Positions 12,931 to 25,412 of a stretch of DNA of 64,000 nt are shown piece by piece (the first letter of the stretch is position 1; each line of letters opens with the position of its first letter). Below the pieces are notes generated by a model. The model did no database searches, was not told the origin of the DNA, and worked only from the letters and a program-made list of their open reading frames with translations. The position numbers and the translations under genes are program-made. Source of the DNA: Vicugna vicugna (Eukaryota); contig MU058636.1 of assembly GCA_013265495.1 (NCBI GenBank), positions 9,294,239-9,358,238 on the forward strand. The letters are read 5' to 3'.

Positions 12931-14074
12931 TCAAAGGAAGTTTCCCAAAGGAAGAGAATCCTCAAACCAGCAGATACAATTGAAATTGGGTCCATTTTGT
13001 TTTCATTTTCCTTTTGTAGAGAAGCTCAGTTTGGTCCCCTAAAGAGTTCTTTTTCTAATCCAATTAAAACATGGTGACCTTTTGTTGTATCCTGGTGACT
13101 TATTCTAGGACGCGAGGGGGTTAAACCTTACACAGGTCTTACTGGACAGATTCCAGTAGAATTACTGGGACTTTGGACGCCCTCCACTGTTTCTCTTTGA
13201 AATGTTTACCACTTCAATATTTTTGGGCTTCTTCCATAACCTATTTAACAGAAAACACATTTTCATCAGTGCCTTTAGTCTTTTCCATACTGGCATCCTT
13301 CGGATCTTAAAAAGGAACACTGTTTGGGCTAATTAATTGCTTCGCAAGCAGTCAAAAATCAGCATTCTTTTTTCTGTTATTACTACTGATGGATGTTAGC
13401 CTGCATTATTAGAATTCCTTTACCATATTAATATTTATTAGATGAGTAAGTATTTCCTTGCGTAATTGCCTTTTTGGAATCCAAACTTTTTTGGGGAGAT
13501 AAACTTTCCCAGAGCAACTTATGCCTTTTATCCCTAAGTAATTAAAGTGAGCGAGATTCCACTTGAGATAATTTCATGTTCATTCTTTTTCCACATTTGG
13601 ATCTCAGCTCCAGTAGAAATGCCAATAGCCATGCAGAAGTCCCAGGCTGACTAGGATTTGCCCCAGCAAATATGCTACTTTTTCCCCACCTTCTCTAAGT
13701 CCACACCTTCCTCATTCTCAGTAGATGACCTCCCCTTAGTCTGGATAATTGAGAACATACATCAGGACCTTATATCACGTACATACGATCAAGAACATAC
13801 ATCAGCATTCCTGCATCTCCAACTCAAAATGTATGGGCACCTTCACTTGCCTTTTCTTTCTGAGGAGAGCATGGCTTTTCTCCTTCACTTACCCGAGTTC
13901 TCAGTTGTTTCTTGATCTCATACACTACCTGTTTCTCCAAGATACTACTCTATTCATGAAATATTTATTCCTGAGATATTTGTTGCATTTTTCTTTTCTT
14001 TCTTTCCACTACTCCTTCTCCTTGGCCATTAGTACACTCATATGTTTCCTATCATTAAAAATAGTAAGCTTGCT

Positions 14075-14214
14075 CTCCACCATGTAAGCATACAGCTGGA
14101 AGGCGGCCATCTGCAAGCTAGGGATGGAGTTCTCACCAGAAACCAAATCTGCTGGCATCCTGATCTCAGATTTTCATCTTCCAGGACTAAGTACAGAAGA
14201 ATTCTTCTTTTAAG
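14075..14214 (+). mobile_element. MLT1A-like LTR fragment
   Basis: gaaggcggccatctgcaagc...ctcaccagaaaccaaatctgctggcatcctgatctcagatt matches the MLT1A 3' half. Confidence 0.75.
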
Positions 14215-14790
14215 ATGGAGCAGAAGGAGTCAGGGATACGGCCAAGATGGTGGGATAGAAAGACCGAGAGCTAAGCTCCTCTCACAGGCACACCAAAATT
14301 ATAACTATTTATGGGGCAAATATTGATGAGAATAACATGAAGACGAGCAGAAGAGTTTCCACAACTAAAGATATAAAGAAGGAACGACCATGATACAGGT
14401 AGAGGGGGCAGAAATGTCAAGACCCAAATCCCCAGGTGGGGGACCCACAAATAAAGGGATGAAGACAATTGCAGAGGTTCTCCCCAGGGAGCAAGGGGTT
14501 TGAGCCTCACAGTGGGCTTTCTAGCCTGAGGGCCCTTCACTGGAAAGGCAGGTCCCCAGAATGTCCCGCTTTGAAGGCCAATGGGGCTTCCATATGGGAC
14601 AGCTAGAGGGCTGCAGGAAGCAGAGACTCTGTCCTTAAAAGTCACATGCGAGACCCCACATGCTCCAAGACCGGGCGCAGGGGCAGTAATTTGAAAGGTG
14701 CCTGGGTCAGGCCCACTTGTTGATATTGGAGCACCTCCTAGAGGGGCAGGAGGCAACTGGGACTCCTTGTGGAGTCACAGAAAGCTTGCT
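14215..14790 (+). mobile_element. LINE-1 5'UTR fragment (old laurasiatherian L1, L1M2/L1MA9-type 5' end)
   Basis: ggccaagatgg start (YY1-type motif), ctcctctcacaggcacaccaaaatt, ccacaactaaagatataaagaaggaac, attgcagaggttctcccca and gctttgaaggcca, all recalled from L1 5' end consensus. Confidence 0.75.
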
Positions 14791-16184
14791 ATGCAGACCA
14801 GGAGCTCAGAAGACAGATGTGGGTCCCCCAGTCCATACTGGAAATAACTGTGTACAGATGGTAACTGAAGTCAGGGCAGTGAATGAGATCACGACAGTGG
14901 GTAGTAAAGAAACATAAGACAGACCAAGGAAACTTCTCGGCCCGTGATTTCTCCCGCGGGGGAAGGTGAGAGTGTGTGAGTAAGAGCCTAATTTCTCCAG
15001 CTGCACAGGGTGCCATCAGAGCTCAGACAGCAGATCAGCCTTAGACGATATAGGGGCACCTCGCCCTCTCCGGTTAGGTGCAAGCCAGTTTGCAGACATG
15101 GTTCGGGGAAGTTAAGGAAGTTCCTGTTTAATGATACCTACTTTTTTCTGTAAAGCCAAGAGCAAGTGTATTTGCTGGGAATTAGGGAAAATAATTAATT
15201 TCCTAGGCTGCCTGGAAATTCTTAATTTATATTTCTATGGAACATATGTCATCCCCTTAGGACCTCCTCAGGAACTGTTAGTAATGAAGGCTTTTTAATA
15301 GGCCAACTGTAAGTGCTGATTTTCATCATTTATTTCCTAATTTATGCTGCTCTCCAACAAGAAAACTGCCATGTTATTTGGCAGAGCTAAACGTCCACCC
15401 CTCTCCTAGCAACTGTTGATCATGAAGTTCCTAAATTCTACCATCAGGGATCCCTTTTATAACGTGTTCCCACTAGCCCTTATGTATTTGAAAGATGCTG
15501 TCTGGCAAACAGACTACATTTTACAGTACTAAATAAATGTCTATTTTTTTTATTGATTTAATGTAACATTTGCTCTCAGCCAAAAAAAGTAATTGATCAG
15601 CATGAGTAATGGTGTTTGATTGATCTAATTCTGATCAAAATAAGAGGAATATGACATTTCAGTTATCCTGTGCAGTCCTACTGACGAAAAACGTATGATG
15701 CGTTTTGGGTTTTTCTAAATATTAGAAACAACTTTTGGATTCCCATTATTTCTTAATAGAATCTTGGGGGAAAATCTACTGATAATACTGTGGCCACCTC
15801 AGGCTCAATTTTTCATTGTGGTGTAACTTCTAATCTTAAGGTGTCCAATTTTAGAGCATTTTCTTTCCCAAGCCAAGGATGTGAACTTCAATTGCCTTGC
15901 ATGTATATTAAGCTTTTAGTGGACATTTTTTTTAAAAAAGCATCACCTTGTAAGTAAATAGATAATTCTGTTCCTCTTCAGCAAACCAGACCATCACATA
16001 CAAAATTCCTTTGTCCTCGGAAGAGAGATTTCAACACTCAAATATCTTGAAATAATTGAGAGTTCTAAATGTCTCTTTGAAAATAACAGTGAATAATACC
16101 TTGATAATAAAGCTATCAAGGATGATTTTGTTTATTTCAATGCTGATGCTTTAAAATATGTTGTTTAGACTATGTAGGAAAAAA

Positions 16185-16630
16185 TCTATCCATTCAATAA
16201 ACTTATCTTGAGCTCTCTCTTATGGGCCACATAATATTTTAGGGTACAGATGTGGGTATAATAGACACAAACCCTGTACTTGCGTGTCTTCTATGAAAGA
16301 AACAATAATGCAGATAACCCTAGTATTATACATGGCTATACTGTGTAGGGGAATGGTAACGATTTGAAACTTGAAGGGAAAGTACAGTGTGCAGTGAGGG
16401 ACTGTAACAGGACAGCCTAATTCAAATGGCGATTGGAAGGCTTCTCCAAGGAAGTGCCATCTGATCAGAAGCTTCAAGCGTGAGTAGGTTTTAGCTGGAG
16501 AAGGAGGGGTGGGAGGGATTTCCAGACAGCAGAACCAGAACCTTTGAATGCTGTGTGGTAGGAACGAGCTAGGGCATGGGAGCCAGACGGGCACTTCTGG
16601 GTGCTCAGGGGATAGGAAATGGTTACAGTG
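16185..16630 (-). mobile_element. LINE-2 fragment
   Basis: ccattcaataaacttatcttgagc terminus and ggaaggcttctccaaggaagtg, typical of reverse-oriented L2. Confidence 0.6.
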
Positions 16631-17861
16631 AATATGTTTCTGTTAAGAGTTGTATTTCTGGCCTGTAAATTCACTTGCCAAAATGATTTCAGCAAAGGGT
16701 GACTCACTTACAGTAAACATTTCCCTTTTGACAGAATCGTAAATTAAATTCTGAAGAAGGAGGTGACAAGGAAGACTAAGTGACCTACTTGGGCCACAAA
16801 GAATGCTCCCAGTCCTTGGCATATATGGTGTCACCAAAGTGTAATCCATCAGTTTCAGGAAAAATGAGAAATCCAACCATGGTGAAACAAAAATTAAAAT
16901 ATAAGTACTTCTATCTTTATAGACTACTGGTGAACCACATCGGTGATCGCTTTCCAATCTCCACAACCAGAAAGCGCTGGTGATTCCTTTGTGTGTTCAT
17001 CCCCATTCCTCACCTTGACTAAGGCGATGAAATGAAAACCTTTGGTTGTCAACTTCATTCTATTTAATCATTGCCCAGGGGAAACTCTGGTGATGACACC
17101 GTTTTCTTAGCATCACTTAATAAGGATGAAGGACATGACCCTAATTATAAATGTCACATGTCTTCAATTTAAAGGATAACTTAGAGAGATCAGCACAAAA
17201 TGAATGCATGTGTTTTCAGTGTATGTTATTCCAAAGGCCCTTCCCTATCCTGGAAAACTCAGCAGACATCATTGCCCTATAGTTAAGCCAATTATAGTAC
17301 CCTGTTCACCTTCTAAAGGAGGAGTAACTCTTACAAGCCAGAGATAGCCCGTGGTAAATGAATGCTTTACTGAAGAGAACCTTCTGGAAGTATATTTGTT
17401 CTCCGACGGGACTCAGCTCTCACCACTTCATTTTTGACAGTTACTCTTCCTGTTTTTAGACACGTAAGTTGCCAGATATACTTAAGGCTGGGAACCTAAG
17501 ACCTTCTAAGACACACACAAAACCACTAGGGTGATACATCCCAATTGTTGCTACACAGCTCCTGGGGAGTTCCTAAGGTAATTGCAAAGGGTTTAAAAAT
17601 GTAATACATACAAAATATATATTTCACACAGAGATATGGACTATTATTTTTCAAATGTGTATGGGCTACTGTGATAAAAAAATTAAAATGCTACCACTTT
17701 AAAGCATTGCTGAATTCATAATAACTTTTTTCTTCATTATATTTCTTTAACCAATAGGTAGAAGAAATATGATCATATGACCACTTTTTCAAAGAAAAAT
17801 TACATTATGCTGCTGCAAAAATCTAAGAACTATGACTACATGTTGAGTTGATAGATTAAAG

Positions 17862-18102
17862 CAGTGGTTTTTCAGCTTTTGATCACACATCATTATCAGT
17901 TAAAAAGTGAGCTCAGACATCTCGATTAATGTAAATTTATTTATAAGTAATATGACTGTATTGCTATGCTAATGTATTTATGTGCTTTATAAAAGTTCTG
18001 TAAAAGAAAGTTTAAAACTAACCTGCCAAAAAATAAATATAACCATTAAAACATTTCTTCCAGCACCCCTGGACTCTGGGGGCCCATTTTGGAAGATCAC
18101 TG
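17862..18102 (+). mobile_element. hAT-Charlie MITE, MER112-like
   Basis: Terminal inverted repeats cagtggtttttca...ggaagatcactg around an AT-rich core. Internal ttttgatcacac...tatcagttaaaaa and atttcttccagcacccc as in recalled MER112. Confidence 0.75.
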
Positions 18103-18892
18103 GCTAGAAAGAGAGAATGATATTAAAGGATATTGTTTGCAGAAGTAAGAGGAATTAAGTTAGTATGTTCTGGGAGAAACTGTGCAGGTCAGTTAGACCT
18201 TGTGGAAAGGGTTTCTGGGTACTGCTGGCATTAAATTTTCTACTGACTCTGGCCATTAGTACAGCAGTAAATCACAAAGACACGTCTACATTGTCCCACC
18301 CGTTTTACACATCAGTACTGCTGTTTGGAAAGAATCATATGGTGGAAAAGACAAAAACGCACTGTCCTGGTGCCCCATGTAGACTGACCTGCATCTGAGG
18401 CCATCCTGACAGCCTGCTGTGCCCTTTGATTGCCATTCACATTTCACTATAACCCCGAGGGCTGAGCCTGTCATTAACATGGCAGAGTGAACAGCATGTT
18501 TGAACTGGTCTCTGTGGGGACTCGCAGGAGCCTGGCACGATGTCATAGAGTGAATTCTCTTACAAGGATGCTAAATCCAGGTCAGCATACATTTGATATT
18601 TCATATCCTTCAAAAGGCTGGTGGCAGTGGTGGGAAGATGTTTCTGTTTGCAGAACACAAAGGACTATCACTAGAGGAAGGGAAAAGGCTGAAAAACATG
18701 AGGACCAGAATAAGGAGAGCCTGCTACAGATGTTACCCACGGAGTCAGCCAGGAAAATGAAAGTTTAAGAGCTGCATCACCAGGACTTTGATCCCAGTGG
18801 TGACCTAGAGGAGGGAAAAGACTTAGGGGTACCAGTCTTGGGATAAGAGGGTTCTTCTGTCTGGCTGGGCCATGGTCAAGATCAAAATAGTA

Positions 18893-19022
18893 GGGGTGGA
18901 AGTGGAGGAATAGCTCAGTGGTAGCGCACATGCTTAGCATGTGTGACGTCCTGGGTTCAATCCCCAGTACTGCCGTTAAAAAAATAATAATTAATTAATT
19001 AATTAAATAAAATAAAGAAAAA
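18893..19022 (+). mobile_element. tRNA-Ala-derived SINE, vic-1 (camelid) type
   Basis: tagctcagtggtag (A box), tgcttagcatg (Ala AGC anticodon arm), gggttcaatcccc (B box), followed by an AT-rich tail. Confidence 0.85.
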
Positions 19023-19082
19023 TGTACACCAGAAATTGACACGACATTGTAAACTGACTATACTTCAGTTTAAAAAAAAAAA
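19023..19082 (+). mobile_element. Extreme 3' terminus of a camelid-type LINE-1
   Basis: tgtacaccagaaattgacacgacattgtaaactgactatactt plus poly(A), nearly identical to the end of the L1 at ~28375-28429 in this window. Confidence 0.85.
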
Positions 19083-21959
19083 GATGTTGGAAGAATGAGA
19101 AGGGGACCACAAGGGAGATCTCTAGCTGGTCTCTTCTGAGTGAGAGGAAAACACTGGGGCCAACTAACTAAATCCAGTGCCAGGCTTGTGAAAAGCTGGC
19201 GGGGACAGGAAGCAGAAAGGCATTCTCACCAGAATGAGGTGTTCTCAGAAGGGGGATGGTAAATGCTAATGGAAATTGTGATAATTGGGGGAGAGGCTGG
19301 GAAAGATCTCCTTGTTTCGCCTTCCACATGCAACTGGCCTCAGACTGCGGTGATTAGGCGGTTTTGTCAGGAAAGGCCAAGGTCATCTCTGCTGGAAAAC
19401 TCCATTCTCAAGCCTACAGGTGAGGATCTCTGAGACGTTACCTGGGTCCTGTTTCATCTACTTCTGGGAACTCTTCCTTGCTGGCAAAGGTCAAAGGGAA
19501 AGATAAGACGAAGGAGAATGGAAGGACTTACTTGGAAAAGGCCTGGTGGTTCACACAGGATTCTTCCCTCAAAAGAAAGTGAGAAAATCTGAGTAGACAG
19601 AATCATGACAACAGGCAAATCATGACAACTTAGGACAATAAAAACAACACACAGCCGGACAGGACTGGCAGTCAACGAGTAACTTCTACAAGCTTCTAAG
19701 TCATGGGGATGTGTCTGCAGTTTTTAAAACACTGGCTTTTATAAATTAGGATTTGGTCTCTCTTAACAAACAGAAAAGGGTTTCACTGAGGGTATGAGAT
19801 GTTTACGGAACTGTTGGAAGTTGAGCCTGAAAGGTTAACTCTCAAGAATAATCCCACAGAACTGGCCCACCACGGGAGCTGCTGGCTAACCCAGAACCGT
19901 ATTCTTACACGCTGCTTTCAAGAGGATGAGGACGCAGCTCCCTGGAAGAGAAGAGAAGAGTAAACGCTCACAAAGGAAAGGAGTGTGTAAACGAGACCAA
20001 GATGGGACAGGAAGGCGCTGGGAAGCACAGCGGGGACCCACCTACCTGGACGGGTGCCACTGCTGCCCTCCTGGGGCGGGGGGGGGGAACTGGGCGGGGC
20101 TGACATCATTCCTTGCCCACCAGCCTGACCAACACGCCAAAGAGGATTCATTGCCCCCTGACTCCTTCTGACCTTCCTCCAGCCCATTTCCTTCTGTCTT
20201 CTCTGCGCTTTCTTCCAGCACACAGGATGTCCCATTAGTTTTACTCTGAGCTTATGGTCCTCAGTCCCCTGCTGGCTGACAGCAACACCTGGGGCTGGTC
20301 CTGTCAGCCTGCGGCATAAAAACAAGTACTGTATGGAAATGAGAACTGGGCGATGTGTTGAGACAGAGGCTGTAACAGTTTGCTTCTGCCACTGATTAGT
20401 GGGCAACTCAGACAGTATCTTATATCCTATATCCATTTCTTTCCCTATAAAATAAAAAGGATTTTTTAAAAGGAGGTTCTTTAATGCTAACATCCTGTGA
20501 CAGACAACTGCTTTTAAACAAAATCTGAGAGGGCAGAATGTGAGCTGAGGACCAAAAATAACTGAAGGGAGAAATTCACAAACACATCAAAGAGAAGGGC
20601 GACCCCGAGTCACCATTTTCTGTTCCTAATGATTGTTAGAGCTGCTGATGGCAGGGAAACAGGAGCCCCAACAGCCTGCAGGTGTGAACAGCTCAAGGTG
20701 TAGATTGTCCACCCCATGGCTTATGTGCCCCCCATTTTTCAGCGTGTGTACCATCCTTTAACAATTCACTGATCCACTTCCTACTTCATTTTAAAAAGTG
20801 CTCAGCACAAGGAAGCCCCATTACCTGCCACTTCCAATGGCCTGCGGGTGCCTCGTTCCATCTCCTGAAACAGCTCCGGGCTCCGATGACTGCCCAGCAC
20901 TCCAGACCTGTCAGAGCAGAGAGAGCACCTGCGACGTGCTGAAAGCTTGAGTCTGATTATCTTATCCTCCTGAGATCCTGTTTTAACTCTCTGAAGTACG
21001 TAAGCAAGAGCCTACAGAAACCGTCAATCATTTTGATGGTGAGGAATTAAACTCTGTTTCCTGAACAAACCCAGGTGATGTCTTTGCATCATATGGACCA
21101 CTAGCTATCTGCTGCCCACACCGAAAGAGACCCCCACCCCTGCAGCATCTCCACCGAAGTTTATTTCCTCTTACTTCTTTCTCCCTTCCTCTCACAATCT
21201 CCTTACCCGCCAATCAGTCCAAAAAAGATTACACGAGGTAGCGAGCTTTTCAAAGAATATTTTTTCTTACCTCTTTCTCCCTCTTCAGGCTAACCTGCAA
21301 ACAGGAGGCATTCATTAATACTTAATAAAGTAATTTATTTTGAGCCCTCAGCCAATGTTTTCAAAGGACTTTGCAAGCCTCAGCTCATAAATCTTTACCC
21401 AAGAACATCATTATGCTATCAGAGATGGAAGAACTAAGACACAAAGTTGTTAGGAGAGGCTCCCAAGGTCCCAACGTGAAAAATACACCAATCTGCTTGA
21501 GCACGCTCTGCACCCGGAAGCCATTAAGGCAAAGGGGAGGATGGGCTTGGTCCCTGAGTCAGTAGTTCTGGGTAGAGTCTCCCCAAATGTGGCCTGATGC
21601 TGGCCTGTCCCTGCCTGTGCGCAGCTCCCCGTCTCCGGGGAGACAAGGTCTCCTGGGAACCTGCTGCCTCTCCCAAATTCCCCATCGATGGAGAACAGCA
21701 TCTCTGGCCACGCCGGGGGAGTCTTCACTGTCTTTTCTCCCTTCCTCTAGGTCATCATTTTCCATTGATCCTACTTCAAAACGCTTCTCAATATCTATTC
21801 CCTTTCCCTTTCAACTATTAGTTAATCCTTTAATGAGAACATACATCCCTTATTATCTTTCATATGGACTTTTACATAAATCTAAGGGTTTTTTGTTTTT
21901 TTTTTTTACTGTTTCTCCCCTCTTGGAGGCATCTTTTATTCCACCTGTTGGAACGACAC

Positions 21960-22245
21960 TTTTTTTTTCATTTTAAAAACTTTTTGTTTCAAAATAATTT
22001 CAAATTTACCAAAAAAAAAAGTTGCAATATAGTACACGGAGCTTCCGTATACCTTTCCTCCTGACTGTCGACTTACTATTACTGAATCTTTGAGAATAAG
22101 TTGTGGACACCATGTGCCGCGCCCCTTTAACATTTCAATTTGTACTCCTTGAGTACAAGGATTCAGTACAACCATCGAAATCAGGAAATTATCATTGATC
22201 CCATAATATCAACTAGTCTACAGACCCAATTTAAATATCAGCTCG
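21960..22245 (-). mobile_element. L1MC-like 3' end fragment
   Basis: aaataatttcaaatttac...aagttgcaatatagtaca and tttgagaataagttgtggacac, reverse-oriented L1MC 3' terminus motifs. Confidence 0.7.
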
Positions 22246-24041
22246 GTGCTTGCCAAGCGATCATTCTGGGGAAATAAATGAGTGAATGAAGAAATTTTAG
22301 CAATCCAGACACGAAGAAGATTCTCATCCCAGAGGTGAAGATTTTGCTAAAGCAGGTCTGGGATGGGAGGAAGTGTCTTCAGACTCGCGGCTCTTAGCTG
22401 ATGTCTGTACGAGTCAAGGGGGGAAGGTCTCATTTAACCTTAGCAATGATATTTTTTTCTCCATTAGAAAAGGTGACCTAAATGATACAGAACACATGCT
22501 GTGTTTGGGCATGTTTTTATATCCATATGTAATTGAGTATTTTGTTTATTAAGGGTTTCTCCATAAATGTTAAGAGAATCATATTTAGCCTTAGAAGTAA
22601 TCACATTTCTAGAATGGGCTAGAATTCATCATGTCACAGTTCATTCTTAATTGGATATGCAAATAAATTAATGGCACGTAGAACGATTACTATGGCATGA
22701 TGGCCCTGTAATATGGATGTGAGGCCTTCTCTGTGAGTCCAGCCTTCTGGCATTGGGTGACTAGGAAATGGCAGTGCCACGATCCGAGGTGCTGAAAAAA
22801 AAAGAAAAATAGATTTGGGGAAAATTATGCAGAATTTAGTTTTTAATTTTGTGATAGTCAGTAATGCTATTTTCTAAATATGTTCAGTTCTCCAATATCC
22901 AGGCACATGGAGGAATTTTGCTCACTGATGGGTGAATGGGGACGCTAGCTCTGGTCAATAAATCATGAGAAAAACCCAAAGCTGTGTCACAGTTGCCAGT
23001 GTGGGATCCTCAGAGCTTCCTTCCCCTCCCTCTGCCTTGGCAGATGGCAATCTTTCATAAAGTGGCTGCTCTGAGCACCTGGATCTGAGTGAGGACAACG
23101 TGGAACAGAACCTGAGCCAACCCACGGTGCACACACAGCCGCCTGCTAGGACCCAGGCATGTGCCAGGTATAATGTCAAGCATTTCACAAAGGACATCTC
23201 TGACCTCTGAACAGCACTGCAGAGCAGCCTCCATGATCTCCACTGAATATAACCCAGCTCTCTGTACAGTGTGGATACGTATTGTCTCATTAACTCCTCG
23301 CAACACTCTAGACCAGGCATGGCTGTTTTTACTTTATGGGTAAAAATAATTGAGTTTCATTGGAGAGAAGAAACTCACCTTGGCTCCTTTCCATATTAAG
23401 GAGCAAAACTGGATTCTCACTTCAGTCTCTATAATATGCTTTTGATGATCTAGTCTTAAAAACCCACATGTATAAGGAAGTGTCCCCATCACTATATATG
23501 TGAATATATGTCCTTGTCTCTCCTTCTAAATTGGAAAACCCTTTGAATATGATTGGAAATAGATAAAACTGAGTTTGGAAGATGTTTGATGATGAATGAA
23601 TTAATAATATGGCAAAACAATCCATTAATCACTATGGCAATGTCTAATTATACAAGCTGTTCAATAATCCTGAAAGTTAATAGTGAAACTCTCTCAAAGT
23701 TAACATTAAGTCAAGAAAAGATATCACTCAACACGTTTATCATTTAGACAAAATAACAGATAATCTCATTATTCTACACTGCATACGTGCCTTGTGCCAG
23801 GCTGTCTCCCCGCTCACCACATCCTTCTTCAGTCTTTTCCATGCCTGAATGTGTGTTAGCCACTGCCAACCCGATGGAGCTTGGTCCATGGGTGGGAATA
23901 GCTCCTCTCTGATTTTACAACTGCGATTAGCTGCAGGCTTTGTCCGTTTCTTGTGTAGTCTTGCTTGGATTCTACGTTCAGTCTTCCCTGGTTTGGTTCA
24001 GGGCCACTCCTAATTTAATTTCTCATTCTGTCATCAGCAGG

Positions 24042-25059
24042 TGCAATAATTTTCTAGGGCTGCTGTACAGATTCCCACGTGCTTAGTCACTTCAGCAATA
24101 CAAATTGATTATCTTTCAGTACTGGAGGTCAGAAATCCAAAATGGATTTCATTAGACTAAAATTAAGGAACTGAAAGGCTGTGTTCCTGTTTTGGATGCT
24201 CTAGAGAAGTGTATTAGTAAGGATTCTCCAGAGAAGCAGAAACCAGTAATGTACAGATACAGTTACAAGCACATAGATACACATGAGATTTATCATGAGG
24301 ATTGTTACGATTCACACGATCACAGAGGCTGAGAATCCCACAATCTGCTGTCTACAAGCTGATCCAGGAAATCTGGCAGTGTGATTCCGGCTGAGTCCAA
24401 AGGCCTGAGAATCAGGGAAGCCAAACTTCAGTCCAAGGGCAGGAAAAGACAGATGTTCCCGCTCAAGCCGTCAGATAGAGGGAGAAAGACAGAAAAAAAA
24501 AACTCTGTCTCTCTGGTTTTTGTTCCATGCAGGCCCTCACCCACCAGTGCAGGTGGGATGATGTCCACCACACTGAGGAGGGTCGTCTACTTTACTGAGT
24601 TCATCAATTCAAATGCCAGTCTCATCTGGACACACCTTCACAGGCACAGCCAGAAGTAAGGTGTATTCTAGGCAACCCACAGCCCAGTCAAAATGACCGT
24701 AAAATTAACCTTTTCAGAGAGGATGCACTTTGTTTTTTCCGGTTTCTAAAGGCTGCCTGCACTCCTTGGCTTGCGGCCTCTCCCTCTTTCTTCAAAGCCA
24801 GCGATGGCTGGTTGGGCTTTCTCACGTGGAATCACTCTAAGCTGCTGCTCCATCACATCCTCTGCCTCCTTCTTACCTGTGATCACCTTAGACCCACCCT
24901 GATGATTGAGGATAATCTGTACATCTCCAGGTCAGTTGGTTAGCGATCTCATTTCCACCTGCAGCCTTAATTCCCCTTTGCCGTGTAACAGATGATGTTC
25001 ACAGAGTCTGGGGACTTGGAGGTGGACATCTTTGGGCATCCACTCTTTTGCCTACCATA
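24042..25059 (-). mobile_element. MaLR solo LTR (MLT1C/MLT1D-like), split by an MLT2 insertion
   Basis: ctagggctgctgta...ctggaggtcagaaatccaaaat, resuming after 24716 with ttctaaaggctgcctgcactccttggct and ending gcctaccata. TSD gcagg / gcaga. Confidence 0.8.
24210..24716 (-). mobile_element. ERVL solo LTR, MLT2B-like, nested in MLT1
   Basis: tgtattagtaaggattctccagagaagcagaaacc start, gagtccaaaggcctgagaatcagg, and end cccagtcaaaatgac...aaaattaaccttttca. Confidence 0.85.
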
Positions 25060-25374
25060 GCAGAGCATGAACATGGTCCCGTAGCTGGACAGAGTCTGAG
25101 GAGTGGGTGGCAGGGCAAGGAAGGAGCGGGAAGCATCTCGTATGAGGATGCAGCCTCTGCACTCTGGCAGCACTGAGCTCAGATCTCAGCCTCACCACTT
25201 GCAGCCACGTGACATTCAGCAGGTTGCGTCACACCCAAGAGCTTATTTCTAGCATCTGTAAAGCATCTTAGCAAAGGTGCCTTAACACAGAGCCTGAAAC
25301 ACAGGAATAGCAGTTATAGTGCCTGCCGTGTCTGAGCGCTTACTAAGTGCTCAGTAGAACTGCAGCTGTTATTT

Positions 25375-25412
25375 TGATGATGGTGATGATGATAATTATG
25401 ACGATGAGGATG
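25375..25412. repeat. Imperfect (GAT)n microsatellite downstream of a MIR-like fragment
   Basis: tgatgatggtgatgatgataattatgacgatgaggatg. Confidence 0.7.

Noticed and set aside
14271..14756. 161-aa minus-strand ORF
   Set aside because: Antisense frame through a GC-rich L1 5'UTR fragment.
18900..18975. Possible tRNA-Ala(AGC) gene (also 5033-5105 on the minus strand)
   Set aside because: Poorly paired acceptor stem, A-rich tails, no T-run terminator and a TSD on one copy indicate tRNA-derived SINEs.
19918..20493. Longest ORF (191 aa, minus strand)
   Set aside because: No recognisable domain, low-complexity composition and an apparent non-ATG start. Likely a chance frame.
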